64,000 bases of DNA from Bdellovibrionales bacterium (GTDB taxonomy: Bacteria > Bdellovibrionota > Bdellovibrionia > Bdellovibrionales > UBA1609), in assembly GCA_050246815.1 (NCBI GenBank), contig JBFWVI010000004.1, positions 32,001 through 96,000 on the forward strand, given 5' to 3'. Under the pieces are notes generated by a model. The model was not told the origin of the DNA. It was given only the letters and a program-made list of their open reading frames with translations, and made no database searches. Below, one piece after another: positions 38,917 to 49,137 of the stretch. The translations under genes and the position numbers were made by a program. Numbering within the stretch: position 1 is the first letter of the stretch; the number at the start of each line of letters is the position of its first letter.

Positions 38917-39804
38917 ATGGCGATTTTAAGATCCCTCCCCTATTTGATAATCAGTTTCGCTGTCGCGATTTTGTTGATCACCTTTGGGCCCAAGTGGGCA
39001 GATCGCTTTAGTCATCGCTATGACCAGACCGCAGCCAAGCAAGCCGTCGTGGCAAAAATCAACGAACTTGAAGGCAATGCTTCTCGCCGCAGTTATGGCG
39101 AAGAAAATTTTCAAGACCTGACGGCCACTGGTGATCTGTACAATTTAGACACCGTGCAAATTCAATCGCGCGGCAAAATGCAGATTACCTCCGGGGGCTA
39201 CAAACTTGTCGTACAAGGGCCGGGCCTATTCGTCCTGGAGTCCTGGAATAACTCTGTCCCCGATAGCCCGGTGGTTTTGCATATGATCTCGGGGCAAATG
39301 TACCTAATCAGTGAAGGCACGCCCGGCAAACTCTATGTGGTGCGAGGCGGGGAAATGCTGGACCCCAAAGGGGCCGGCATCCTACGCGAAAGAAGCCTGC
39401 TGATCACACCACTGAACGTGGGTGAGCCTGCCCCAATCACGGAGCCCACTTCTGCCACCGCCCCAATGGTCACCCGCCCTGTCATGAATCCAGTCGAAGC
39501 CGATCCTGATGAAGAAAAACGCATCCTCACCAATGACTACTTAGACGGCGAAATCGCCAAACAACAGGATCAATTTCAACGCTGCCAAAACAACGCGCTT
39601 CGCGAACAAGGCGAAGCTAAGGGGCAAATCATGGTCGGCTTGACGATCTTACCCCAAGGAAAAGTCAGCCAAGCGCGAATTTTGACCTCCAGTATAACCA
39701 ACCCGCAACTTCATTCCTGCGTGATTCAGGTGTTTTACCGTATGAAGTTCAACGCCTTTGAAGGCGCCCCGATCATTCGCAGCTATCCTTTGAATTTTGA
39801 ATAA
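38917..39804 (+). CDS. Membrane-anchored protein with TonB-C/AgmX-PglI-like C domain
   Basis: N-terminal TM; FQRC...G.I.V..TI...GKV...I..SSI....LHSCV...F......YP..F. Confidence 0.7.
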   Translation: MAILRSLPYLIISFAVAILLITFGPKWADRFSHRYDQTAAKQAVVAKINELEGNASRRSYGEENFQDLTATGDLYNLDTVQIQSRGKMQITSGGYKLVVQGPGLFVLESWNNSVPDSPVVLHMISGQMYLISEGTPGKLYVVRGGEMLDPKGAGILRERSLLITPLNVGEPAPITEPTSATAPMVTRPVMNPVEADPDEEKRILTNDYLDGEIAKQQDQFQRCQNNALREQGEAKGQIMVGLTILPQGKVSQARILTSSITNPQLHSCVIQVFYRMKFNAFEGAPIIRSYPLNFE

Positions 39805-39809
39805 ACGGC

Positions 39810-40889
39810 TTAACGGTAATCGTGTAGATAATCGATCTGTTCGGGCACCCAGGGTTCTCGATTGCCCTCAAGCTCCAACACACGGGGCCCAACTTTCGAA
39901 CGGATCATTTTTGGCGTCAGCGTGGGCAGATAATTGCGATCAATCAGATTTTCGTTCTGCAGTCGCGGCAACAGGTTTTGCACGGTCTCTAAGCCCAACA
40001 CTGGCCGGCGAACCATATCGTCCAAACTGGCCTGCAGCTCCTCGCTGGTGAACCCGTAATTTCGCACCATATCCACGGCCACCAAGAGCACTTGGTCCAC
40101 ACTTAAACGTCCATCTTGATACAAATCCAAAGCGGCTTGGAAGGTGTTGTAGGTCGGCACGACCCGGCGCCCAAACTTCAAATAATATTCAGCATCGGTG
40201 TCCACAGCTAAATTGATGTAAATCTTTTCGACCGGGTCGAAAGTGGGAATGGTCTCTTGTAAACGCAAAATCGTTTCCACCTGTTGCCCCGTGACCTTCA
40301 ACCCGCGCAAAACCTGTCGCAAATCCGCTTCGCTTAAACGCCGCGCGCACACATCTGAATACAAAGAGTAAATCACCGCATCCGCCTCACTATCATCCCC
40401 CCACAAAACCTGCCGCACTTGAGGCCCAAGGTGCAAGCGCAGTTGCAACAGCGCTTGCAGCTTAAAGCCCACTTGCTGTTTGAGGCGTGACAGGCGTGAA
40501 GGATGCAGGTTTTTAAGATTGTCTTTGCAGAAAATCCCAAAGGGATAGATTCCATCCAAATTTAGCTTCTGATGGATTTTGCTCTCAAGCTGCGGCGGCG
40601 AGGCTGTAATAAAATAAATCGGGAAGTCTGAGCGCCCCTCATGCTGTTCGCGCCAACTGTTGCGAAGCGCACGAACCAAAGTGGCGGTGCCCGGCACATT
40701 GCGCTTTTGAAAGGCCTTTTCCATGACCGTTTTGATCAATCCTCGCAGCGTCTCAAAGGCGGTGTCCAAATAAGTTTTATCAAGATCCCAAACATAGACT
40801 TCGCTGGCCGCGGATTCTGTGGCATCGGTGGCATAGCGAAAAAAAACGACGTCACCTGTGATCTCTGCTCTTTTTCGCCATTCAGACAT
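39810..40889 (-). CDS. HAD-like phosphatase-domain protein (App1-like)
   Basis: WDLDKTYL, ITASP, FK, GDDSE.D. Confidence 0.7.
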   Translation of the reverse strand: MSEWRKRAEITGDVVFFRYATDATESAASEVYVWDLDKTYLDTAFETLRGLIKTVMEKAFQKRNVPGTATLVRALRNSWREQHEGRSDFPIYFITASPPQLESKIHQKLNLDGIYPFGIFCKDNLKNLHPSRLSRLKQQVGFKLQALLQLRLHLGPQVRQVLWGDDSEADAVIYSLYSDVCARRLSEADLRQVLRGLKVTGQQVETILRLQETIPTFDPVEKIYINLAVDTDAEYYLKFGRRVVPTYNTFQAALDLYQDGRLSVDQVLLVAVDMVRNYGFTSEELQASLDDMVRRPVLGLETVQNLLPRLQNENLIDRNYLPTLTPKMIRSKVGPRVLELEGNREPWVPEQIDYLHDYR

Positions 40890-41017
40890 GAACTCATTAT
40901 CGCCCAAAGCACCTTGGCTTGTCAGGTCCGGAATTAGACTATGGACCAGCCCGCCACCCGGGGTTGTATTAACCAAAACCCTTGTCCATACTGTATATGG
41001 GTGTGGGGGGATCAGGG

Positions 41018-41752
41018 ATGAAAAGTGCACTTTTATTGGCTTTGGTTTTCAGCAGTACAGCGTTCGGCCTGACGGTTAAAGCGACCACTGACAAATATCA
41101 ATTCAAGGCTGAGGCCATCAAATCAGCCTTCGTCCACAACTCCACCGGCAATGTGCATATTGCCCCTGTGGTTTCGAAAACCGCCTATGTGATCGTCAAT
41201 AAAATCAAATGGGGCCCACGCTGTTCGGCCAATATTGACCTGGTTGACGGCCAACTGAAGGTTGAAACCGACGACACCGCATGGATTTTGGATCATGAAT
41301 GTCGCGTCGATTTGATCATCAGTCTGCCCTCGCAAATCCCCTTGCAGATTCGCGCTGGCACCGGCGACATCAAGGTGATCGCCACCCGTGGCGATGTGGA
41401 TGTCAAAGTGGGCAGTGGCTTGATTGCCTTAAAAGGCGAAATCAACAACCTCAAAGCGCTCTCTGGCAGCGGCGATGTCCGAATGGAGGGCCGCGCGCAA
41501 AGCGCCGATATTAAAACCGGCAGTGGCGATATCGAAATGGATTATTCAACCGCTCCTGATAAAGGGCGTTTGGCATTAAAAACCGGCAGCGGTGATGTGC
41601 AAGTGTTTTTACCCGAATCAACCAAAGTGAAAAGTCAAATTTCGACCGGCAACGGCACGGTGGTCAATGAATTCAATGCGGCCGAAAACACGGAGCGCCT
41701 GGATGTCGATGCCGCATCTGAAACCGGCAACATTCAAATTCGTAAGAAGTAA
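41018..41752 (+). CDS. DUF4097-type beta-strand repeat protein
   Basis: Signal peptide; repeated (T/S)GSGD(I/V) units. Confidence 0.8.
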   Translation: MKSALLLALVFSSTAFGLTVKATTDKYQFKAEAIKSAFVHNSTGNVHIAPVVSKTAYVIVNKIKWGPRCSANIDLVDGQLKVETDDTAWILDHECRVDLIISLPSQIPLQIRAGTGDIKVIATRGDVDVKVGSGLIALKGEINNLKALSGSGDVRMEGRAQSADIKTGSGDIEMDYSTAPDKGRLALKTGSGDVQVFLPESTKVKSQISTGNGTVVNEFNAAENTERLDVDAASETGNIQIRKK

Positions 41753-41755
41753 TCT

Positions 41756-42487
41756 TTAAAAGAAAAGTCGCGCGCCGTAATCAAAACCTTCCCGCTCGGT
41801 CTTTTTGATCGAGGAGGTTTTGACGTATTCCATATTCTCTTGAAAATAATCGGCATATATCCGCAAGGGGCCGATGTCAAAAAATGCGCCAGCGGTGGTT
41901 TTATGGCCACTCAAATCCGTACCGGCGCTTGAGGCGTCCGGAAAATAGTGGCGATAATCCCCATGAATGCCAAAGAAACTGATCAGATACAAAACCAAAG
42001 AGCCTTCGGCGAACTGATTGCTCCATTTTTCCTCGACCGCTTCAGACTGGTCAACCAACTGTCGTAAACCATATTTCACCGTTAAGCTGGTGTCCTTGTT
42101 CGACGTCCCCAGAAGACGAAAGGCAGCAGCGCCACTGCTGGACACCATGCTCTGATTGGTTTTTTCATACTCACCCTCTAGGCCAAAGCGCCAAACATAA
42201 AGTGCCAAACGATAGTTTTGCGAATTTTTATCGGTCGTCGCGCTGGCCCCGGCCACACTATCTTCGTTTCGATACTTGTAATTCATGTAGCCGCCGTTCG
42301 CGTAGCCCTCGAATAGATCTGTTTTGCGTTTATTTTTCACAAGCCACAGATCTTGCAAGCTGATCGCGCGTTTTTGTGAAAGATAATCAAGCAAGTTCCA
42401 GCTGACATTGCCTTGGCTTGAACTTTTACTGGCTGCGAAAAGCGTTGGCGAAAATGATATGAAACAAAGAAAAATCAGTACATTCAA
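41756..42487 (-). CDS. Small outer-membrane beta-barrel
   Basis: Signal peptide, amphipathic strands, C-terminal GARLFF. Confidence 0.65.
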   Translation of the reverse strand: MNVLIFLCFISFSPTLFAASKSSSQGNVSWNLLDYLSQKRAISLQDLWLVKNKRKTDLFEGYANGGYMNYKYRNEDSVAGASATTDKNSQNYRLALYVWRFGLEGEYEKTNQSMVSSSGAAAFRLLGTSNKDTSLTVKYGLRQLVDQSEAVEEKWSNQFAEGSLVLYLISFFGIHGDYRHYFPDASSAGTDLSGHKTTAGAFFDIGPLRIYADYFQENMEYVKTSSIKKTEREGFDYGARLFF

Positions 42488-42499
42488 GCATGGACCCCT

Positions 42500-43441
42500 T
42501 TAAAAGGCGATCAACAAAAAGGTGGCCAGATTTAAAATGAAGGTCAATGCCGTCGCCAACGGTTTGCGCTCGGCAATATCTTGCTGAACAGGAGTGATCT
42601 CGGGTGAATAATATTCGGTGCCGATTTGTGCCTTGAGTTGATCGTTTAAGGCATAGGCCTCTTTCAGGCGCTTCAGCTCGCTGGGCACGCGCACCAAAGA
42701 AAATTCATTGATCGGAGCGCTTTTGGCATGTCGAGTCAGTTCCGCCACCACCGAGTCCGCCTCGACTGAAATAACTTTGGCTTCGGCGTAAATTTCTGGC
42801 ACGGTTTCAGGCACAAACAACGGCTTCACCGAATCATGATACAGACGCATGATTTGAAGCGTGTCGCCAATCGCGATATGTGAATTGATTCCCAGATACA
42901 CCTTGATCAAGGACTTGTCGCCTTGGGAGTAAAGCGCGCTTTGGTTCAACGGATCCACCATCACAAAGCCCTGATACGGCACCGACGCGATGAAGTCATA
43001 TATTAATTTTTTCGCTGCACCAACCAGTTGATCCGAGATCGGCAATGAGGGGTGCAGTTTAAAATCGTGGCTCCACAACAAGCGCCCATACTCACCTTCA
43101 TACACCCGCATGCTCAAAGTGCGATCGCTCAGAAATGTGCTCACCAAGGCGTTGGCATCCAGAAGTTTACCCAGGATCACAGCATCCGCCGGTTTTAACT
43201 CCGAACGGGGTTGATAGACATCCCGCTGCACCAAAAAATTGCGGCTCGCCACCAAAAAGCGTTGGTTTTCAGTCAAAATTTCGCGGATCTGCCACCAGGC
43301 TTCATCGGCCGAAGACGTCAGCTCTTTACTGACTTTAATGGGAAACACGGTTACCCGCCGCACCAATTCGTGCTCGGATTGCGCTTCGGCCAAAGAAGTC
43401 CAAGCCAACGCCAAGCTGATTAAAAAAGATCGCCCCATCAT
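42500..43441 (-). CDS. Exported hypothetical protein (FlgT/CsgG-like architecture)
   Basis: Signal peptide; AVILGKLLDAN..V; C-terminal hydrophobic helix. Confidence 0.55.
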   Translation of the reverse strand: MMGRSFLISLALAWTSLAEAQSEHELVRRVTVFPIKVSKELTSSADEAWWQIREILTENQRFLVASRNFLVQRDVYQPRSELKPADAVILGKLLDANALVSTFLSDRTLSMRVYEGEYGRLLWSHDFKLHPSLPISDQLVGAAKKLIYDFIASVPYQGFVMVDPLNQSALYSQGDKSLIKVYLGINSHIAIGDTLQIMRLYHDSVKPLFVPETVPEIYAEAKVISVEADSVVAELTRHAKSAPINEFSLVRVPSELKRLKEAYALNDQLKAQIGTEYYSPEITPVQQDIAERKPLATALTFILNLATFLLIAF

Positions 43442-43539
43442 CACTTGAGCATACTGGCTGGATGCCAAGTCGAACAGGCCAGGATCGGCTTTAGCCAACG
43501 GCTGCTCCAGACCAAAGTCGGGGCACATCCTGGCCCGAT

Positions 43540-44496
43540 CTAAAGCTTGATGTCTTCTCGGGGAATCGCGATCCAGGATTCGCTTTTAGGAAAGTCGCGA
43601 GGCCTGGGCTCACACTCCCCACGAAATGATAAAACGGCGGTGAATGCGGCGATAAACGCTTCAAAAGCATAGTTGTTCTCGACCATTGAGCGCGTGTCTT
43701 GTTCGTATAAAAAGGCCAGGTTCTCGTCCACCAACCGCGACAAAATAATGCGCCGACTTTCATCACCGCCGATTGCATGTTTATGAAACATTAAATGTGA
43801 GCGCGAAATTTGCAACGCCCGCCCCACTCGCCACACGCTCAGCTTCGGATACACTTCGATGGTGGGTGTCTTGAGCCGTCGCGACACATAATGAGCCCGC
43901 GCCGTCAGCGGGGCCATGTTCGCGCCAAGTGCGTGGGACAAATGAAAGGGTTCTTCGAGTTCCGAAGTCAGATAGGCTTCGACACATCTTTCGGTGTAAG
44001 GAGTAAACGTGCGTTTAGGTTTTCGTTTCTCGTTGAGCTTACGGTAATGTTTCGCCATCCATTGCACTTCTGGTTCACTACAGGATTCAAACCCCGGGCA
44101 AACCAGCTTGCAAGTGATGCATTTGGGCAATTGCAAGGGCACGTCAAAGGCCACCATTTCCAATTTGCCCGGCGCCTGTGCCAATAGACCGTGTAGTTTT
44201 AAATCCGCTGAAATTTCGTCTTCGCTTTTGATCCGCTCAAACAAGCGGCTCAAGAAAATTTTGTTCTGGGCGGGATAATACTCAACCATGGCCAAGCAGG
44301 TTTTATCGGTTTTCCCGCCAGCCAAAGAGATTCCCGCAAAATGATGCACCTTTAAACCAGCGGTCGCTGATTTTGCCGGCCAACCGCCGATTTCGGCGCC
44401 CGTGGCCCAAGGCGGAATGTGAACTTTGCTACGCGTTGAGCGCTTTACTCGACGACTGGACGGGCGTCGAGAACTTGGAATCCTTTTTCTCGACAT
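43540..44496 (-). CDS. DUF429-like (RNase H-fold) protein
   Basis: FAGISLAG, VAFDVPL.LP, IEVYP, FEAFIAA.TA. Confidence 0.7.
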   Translation of the reverse strand: MSRKRIPSSRRPSSRRVKRSTRSKVHIPPWATGAEIGGWPAKSATAGLKVHHFAGISLAGGKTDKTCLAMVEYYPAQNKIFLSRLFERIKSEDEISADLKLHGLLAQAPGKLEMVAFDVPLQLPKCITCKLVCPGFESCSEPEVQWMAKHYRKLNEKRKPKRTFTPYTERCVEAYLTSELEEPFHLSHALGANMAPLTARAHYVSRRLKTPTIEVYPKLSVWRVGRALQISRSHLMFHKHAIGGDESRRIILSRLVDENLAFLYEQDTRSMVENNYAFEAFIAAFTAVLSFRGECEPRPRDFPKSESWIAIPREDIKL

Positions 44497-45425
44497 GCTT
44501 GAATAACCCCGCTTTTTCGTTCGGGCTGACTCCACAGCATGACACAGCCGCCGCCACCCGCACCGCAAATTTTGACCGCTTCGGCACCGGCACCAAGAGC
44601 GATCTTCTCTAATTCTTCAATTCGGGGCGAAGAAAAGCCAGCAGAAAGCTGTACGCGGGCCGCAAATTCATCCCTAAAAAGCGGCGCAAGCCGCTGCCAG
44701 TCCTGATCTCGGCAGGCCGAAGCCATTTGATCACCAATTTTCTTGATTTCTTGCAAAGCCACCAAGGTGGGTTTGTGCCCATCGATGACAGCCTTGATCA
44801 CTTGCCAGTTGTTAAGCCCCGAATGGTGAGGCTGGCCGGTGTAAACCAAAATCATACGAGATGCAAAATAATCCACGGGAAATTTCAACCGCTCAAGTTT
44901 CGGCCCCTCAGCGGTGTAATGGATGATATTCAAACCAGGTTCAATCGCGGGAAAATAATCCTGCGTTCCGGTCGGTTTTTTAAGAACCTGAGCCTCTAGG
45001 TTATGGGCCAAGGTGACTTTTTCAAGTGTCGAGAGTTTTCGGCCGGTCAAACTTGAAAAAGCCTTGATTAAGCTGATGCAAAGGCTTGAGCTGCCGCCGA
45101 GCCCGCCGCCGATCGGACTCTCGGATCGCGTTCGAAGTGAAAAACCGGATTCCGGCTTCCAATAGCGCACTTGCGCCCTCACCAGATCGAGCTCGGGGTC
45201 CACGCATTCGATCAAACTTTGCGCGTTCTTAAATGTCTTGGTGTACTTCAAATCCTCGATGAAAACCTCGACCTGCTTGTCGGCCTTTGGCTTTAAATCC
45301 ACATGAGTGAAAACACTGATCGACAAATTGGTTGTCTGCGCATCGCCAGCAAAGACGTAAAGTGGCCAGCAGTCCAAGGTCCCGCCTGCCAAATCGACTC
45401 GCGTGGGCGAAGAAACCGCACTCAT
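44445..45425 (-). CDS. GHMP family sugar kinase (HddA-like)
   Basis: PTRVDLAGGTLD, PIGGGLGGSS, GTQDY, KICGAGGGG. Confidence 0.88.
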   Translation of the reverse strand: MSAVSSPTRVDLAGGTLDCWPLYVFAGDAQTTNLSISVFTHVDLKPKADKQVEVFIEDLKYTKTFKNAQSLIECVDPELDLVRAQVRYWKPESGFSLRTRSESPIGGGLGGSSSLCISLIKAFSSLTGRKLSTLEKVTLAHNLEAQVLKKPTGTQDYFPAIEPGLNIIHYTAEGPKLERLKFPVDYFASRMILVYTGQPHHSGLNNWQVIKAVIDGHKPTLVALQEIKKIGDQMASACRDQDWQRLAPLFRDEFAARVQLSAGFSSPRIEELEKIALGAGAEAVKICGAGGGGCVMLWSQPERKSGVIQACREKGFQVLDARPVVE

Positions 45426-46792
45426 TTTTTCTCACTTTGTTGGGCCGGCAGATCGACCTGAATCAGCTGATCCAAGGGCAATTTCTGCAGATCGGCGGTT
45501 GAAACCGCCAAAACCTCCGGAATAGAACTAACCCGCAAGTAAGTCATACCTTCATTTTGATGGCGGCCGCCTTTGGGAGTGAAATCTTCGCCCACCTCCA
45601 CCGCCAGAAGGGGTTTACCTTCACCGTTCAGGAACTCAACCTTCTGTTTGATCGCACCCACTTTTTGCGTGGAGGGTAAAAAACTTTTGGCTTCTAGATT
45701 GCTGATATTTTCAAAAACCTTTTGCAAGTTTTCGCTTTGCACTTTTTGTTCAGGCTTGGCGCCGTCCAACTTCCAATCTGAGCCTTCTTTTTTAAAGGTC
45801 TGAACTTTCTGGCCCGCCTTCACTTGCAGCTGTCTCACCTGCTCCAAATTCATTTTAAATGGCACTCGGCCATCGCGAACATCCGAGCTGCCGATTTTAA
45901 GTTGTCCCGCATCGTGGCCGGACAAACGCAAAATGGCATCGGCCTCCGAAGTCTTCACGTAAGCGGCATTGTCTTTTTCGGCTGACACCGACGCGGTGAA
46001 TTCACCCAAAGTGATTTTGGTGACTGGCCTGTCCAAGCCGTACTTTTTAAGCGTGGCCACGTCGGCTTTATTGGCCACGTAATCAAGCGCGCGGATCTCC
46101 TTCAACGCGCTCAAATAGCCATCCACCTTAGTGGCATCGATCAGATGACTTTTGCCCTCTTGGCTCCACTTGCCTTCTTTTTTCACTAGGACCATTTTTT
46201 CTTTCAGATCCGGATGCTGGGTTTCGACAATCAGGCGTTCAATGGCGCCTTGCTTACGCCAAAAACGCTTGTCACGAAGCTGGGCCGAACCTTTTTCGGC
46301 AATGCGCGCCCAACTCCCACCACCCAAAAACAGTCGGTCATTTAATCTGACATAGTAGCTGCCATCAAAGGCGGCCTGACTGCTGACCGCAAATTTAACT
46401 TTATTGCCATCGCTTTTGGTGAGCTCGGCTTCAAGCCCAGGCTGGTTTAAACCGTACTCGCTCCAATTGTAGCTGCCGCTCTTGGCTTTGGGCATTTCGG
46501 CACCCCTTTCGCTGGCCATCGTATCTAAATGGCTCGCGATGGTTTCGTTTTCTACCGCATCGGCCACGGGCTCGGTCATTTGCCACTGCCCCTGCACCAA
46601 TTTTAAAACCACGGTTTCACCAGGGCGCACCAGTCGAACCTCATGGATATCGGCAGCCTTCACGCCAAGGATTTTTTCTTGCTCAGCTTGCGCCGCCGTC
46701 TTTTTTTGCTCTTGAACATAGTCGTAATAGGCATAACCAGCCAAGGCCGCCATCGCGATCGCCAACCCCACCGTACTTCGGAAAGATTTCAT
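45422..46792 (-). CDS. DUF4340 domain protein
   Basis: N-terminal TM; repeated W.M..P / YGL..P / LRDK domains; follows GldG. Confidence 0.78.
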   Translation of the reverse strand: MKSFRSTVGLAIAMAALAGYAYYDYVQEQKKTAAQAEQEKILGVKAADIHEVRLVRPGETVVLKLVQGQWQMTEPVADAVENETIASHLDTMASERGAEMPKAKSGSYNWSEYGLNQPGLEAELTKSDGNKVKFAVSSQAAFDGSYYVRLNDRLFLGGGSWARIAEKGSAQLRDKRFWRKQGAIERLIVETQHPDLKEKMVLVKKEGKWSQEGKSHLIDATKVDGYLSALKEIRALDYVANKADVATLKKYGLDRPVTKITLGEFTASVSAEKDNAAYVKTSEADAILRLSGHDAGQLKIGSSDVRDGRVPFKMNLEQVRQLQVKAGQKVQTFKKEGSDWKLDGAKPEQKVQSENLQKVFENISNLEAKSFLPSTQKVGAIKQKVEFLNGEGKPLLAVEVGEDFTPKGGRHQNEGMTYLRVSSIPEVLAVSTADLQKLPLDQLIQVDLPAQQSEKK

Positions 46793-46802
46793 CTCGATCT
46801 CC

Positions 46803-48362
46803 TTATGCACTTCGGCGACGGAACCAAAACACGCTGCCCGTGATCATCAACAACAAAGGAAGCAGAACACTGACCCCCACCATCGCCAACCATGGTCCGG
46901 CCGTCAAAACCAATTTCGTGGCTTTGGGCTGTTTGGGTCGAACGCTGATCAAGTCGGTGTCTCCGCTTAAGCTTGCGATCGAGTTCAAGACAATGTTCAT
47001 ATTGGTGGGCTGCCCGGAGAGTTTATTGGTGACGAAGTCACTGTCACCAAAAACCACCACGGCAAAATCTTTGTCGCTGATCTTGCCCTCTTTGTCCTTT
47101 AATTTGCCTTTGCTGGTGGTCGCCAGTGAATAAGCCCGCAGCTCACCACGCTTGGCATCGTTGCTCAACTCTGACAACGTCATGCTGCGTGGGTTGGTAC
47201 GCAAAATTTCTTGCACCTGAAAGTCGGCCGGTGCGCCCGGGGACTTTCGCACTTCGGTGGCCAAAAACATCAAGGTGTAGGTGTTGCCGTTGACGAAAGG
47301 TTTGGTGATATCGCTGTTTTGGTCAAAATCCAAACCCACAACCGCCTGCGGGCCCAGGCCCTCGACTTGAACTCCGACGCTAATCACGTATGTGTTGCTG
47401 AACTCCACACCCAGGGGCTTTAAAAAACCCGCCAGATTGTGTTTTTCACCCGGATCCGCCAGCACCAATAGCTTTCCGCCATTGAACAAATAGGTGTTTA
47501 AGGCGTTCAATTCGTTGTCGAGCAAAGCCGCTCGTGGACCGGCAATCACAATGGCCGTCGCGTCTGCCGGGATTTCGGGTGTTTGCAACAGGTTCAACAC
47601 ATCCGTCTTCGCGGCGTATTGCTCAAGCTCACGCTTCAAAGCGCTCAAACCCTCGTCACTGTCATTCATCAAATCATGTTCGCCATGGCCCGTCAGAAAG
47701 TAGATCTTACTTGTGGATTTTCTCGTGACTTTGACGATCGCCGAGGTAATTTCGGTTTCGCCAAAGGGCATATTGACCCGTTCGCGCTTGCCTTCGTGTT
47801 CGATGAACAAGAAAACTTTGTTGTTGGCCGAATCTTTGTCGGGCAATGCATTCAAGTACTGTTGCGCCTTCAAGTTTTCGACATAGGTGTCAAAAAATTC
47901 CACGTCAACCATGGGCGACGTATCTTCATAAGGTTGCAGGGTTTCTCGCAACGCATTCAAGGCATCACGATTCTTTTCGCCTCGATAGAAGATAATGAAA
48001 CCCACTGGCTCCTTTAAGGGCTTTAGCACGTCCACGGTCTGCTGTGACAGCGAGAACAATTTATCCTCAGTTAAGTCCCAGACTTTATTTTTGCGAACCG
48101 CAAGATAATTGATGGTCACCAATATGCCCAAGGCCAGCAAGATCATCGTGCCCATGTTCAATCCATGTTTGGTGGTGCGCATGGTGAAAAACTCTAAATA
48201 AAATTTCGCATCGATGGCAAAGGCCCCAACCAGCGAAACCACACTGAGCACCAAGGGCACATAAAGCGGATTGATCCAACCGCCCAGAACGTAACGAACC
48301 GCGAACACAATAGCGATCGAAATCCAGGCGACGAAAAATAAGATTTTTCCCAAACGACTCAT
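46803..48362 (-). CDS. gldG: GldG family ABC auxiliary protein
   Basis: DLT....SLS..T, YFL.GHGE, GG.LL...DP, VFGDSDF. Confidence 0.85.
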   Translation of the reverse strand: MSRLGKILFFVAWISIAIVFAVRYVLGGWINPLYVPLVLSVVSLVGAFAIDAKFYLEFFTMRTTKHGLNMGTMILLALGILVTINYLAVRKNKVWDLTEDKLFSLSQQTVDVLKPLKEPVGFIIFYRGEKNRDALNALRETLQPYEDTSPMVDVEFFDTYVENLKAQQYLNALPDKDSANNKVFLFIEHEGKRERVNMPFGETEITSAIVKVTRKSTSKIYFLTGHGEHDLMNDSDEGLSALKRELEQYAAKTDVLNLLQTPEIPADATAIVIAGPRAALLDNELNALNTYLFNGGKLLVLADPGEKHNLAGFLKPLGVEFSNTYVISVGVQVEGLGPQAVVGLDFDQNSDITKPFVNGNTYTLMFLATEVRKSPGAPADFQVQEILRTNPRSMTLSELSNDAKRGELRAYSLATTSKGKLKDKEGKISDKDFAVVVFGDSDFVTNKLSGQPTNMNIVLNSIASLSGDTDLISVRPKQPKATKLVLTAGPWLAMVGVSVLLPLLLMITGSVFWFRRRSA

Positions 48363-48365
48363 AAA

Positions 48366-49136
48366 CTACCTCCAACGCGAGGATTCAACCACTCGCTGGG
48401 TTAAAAAGACAAAAAAGCCGATGCAACTCAACAAAAAGACCAGGCTGCCCACATTGACCACGCCTCGGGCGAAGTTGGCAAAATGCTGGCCCACTGATAA
48501 ATGCTCCATCACCGCCACGAACTTCGAACCGTCAAAAAAGCTCGATCCTTGCGATATAAACCACAGACAAAGATTCAAAATCCAGCCCAGTACCACGGCC
48601 AGCAAAACAGACTCCGTCACCGACGAAGCAAAAACGCCGACGGCTAAATATGTGCCGGTGATCAAGGCAAGCCCGGCGTAGGCCGTCAGCAACTGCTTCA
48701 CCGAAAATTCGGCCACAAAACGAGTCAGCAGTGGATACATCAACGAGATTAATGTCAAAGCCAGCCCCACGCCTAAGGCCGCCAAAAATTTGCCCAAGGC
48801 GATGTCCGTGGCCGTCAGTGGCGAGGTCAAAAGCAGGTCATAGGTCCGCATCTTGCGTTCTTCAGCCAACAAACGCATGGTGATGGCCGGTGTGATCAAT
48901 ATAAAGAGCAGATTGGTCATGCTGATATGGCTCATGAACACCGTGAAGTGAATATTGCCACCCGCATCTTGGCCCATCTGCATGGCCGTCATTGCCGAGG
49001 TCTCGCTGAACTGCTTGAGTGTACGCAAATAGGAATAACTTAAAAGCAGCGACGAAAATCCCGCCGCCAAAAAAAACATTGGACTGGTCAAAAGCGAGCG
49101 AAGGTCCTTCGCCGCGATGGTTATGGCTCGTTTCAT
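48366..49136 (-). CDS. gldF: ABC-2 permease, GldF-like
   Basis: PAITMRLLAEE...T..LLLT.P.....LGKF. Confidence 0.85.
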   Translation of the reverse strand: MKRAITIAAKDLRSLLTSPMFFLAAGFSSLLLSYSYLRTLKQFSETSAMTAMQMGQDAGGNIHFTVFMSHISMTNLLFILITPAITMRLLAEERKMRTYDLLLTSPLTATDIALGKFLAALGVGLALTLISLMYPLLTRFVAEFSVKQLLTAYAGLALITGTYLAVGVFASSVTESVLLAVVLGWILNLCLWFISQGSSFFDGSKFVAVMEHLSVGQHFANFARGVVNVGSLVFLLSCIGFFVFLTQRVVESSRWR

Positions 49137-49137
49137 T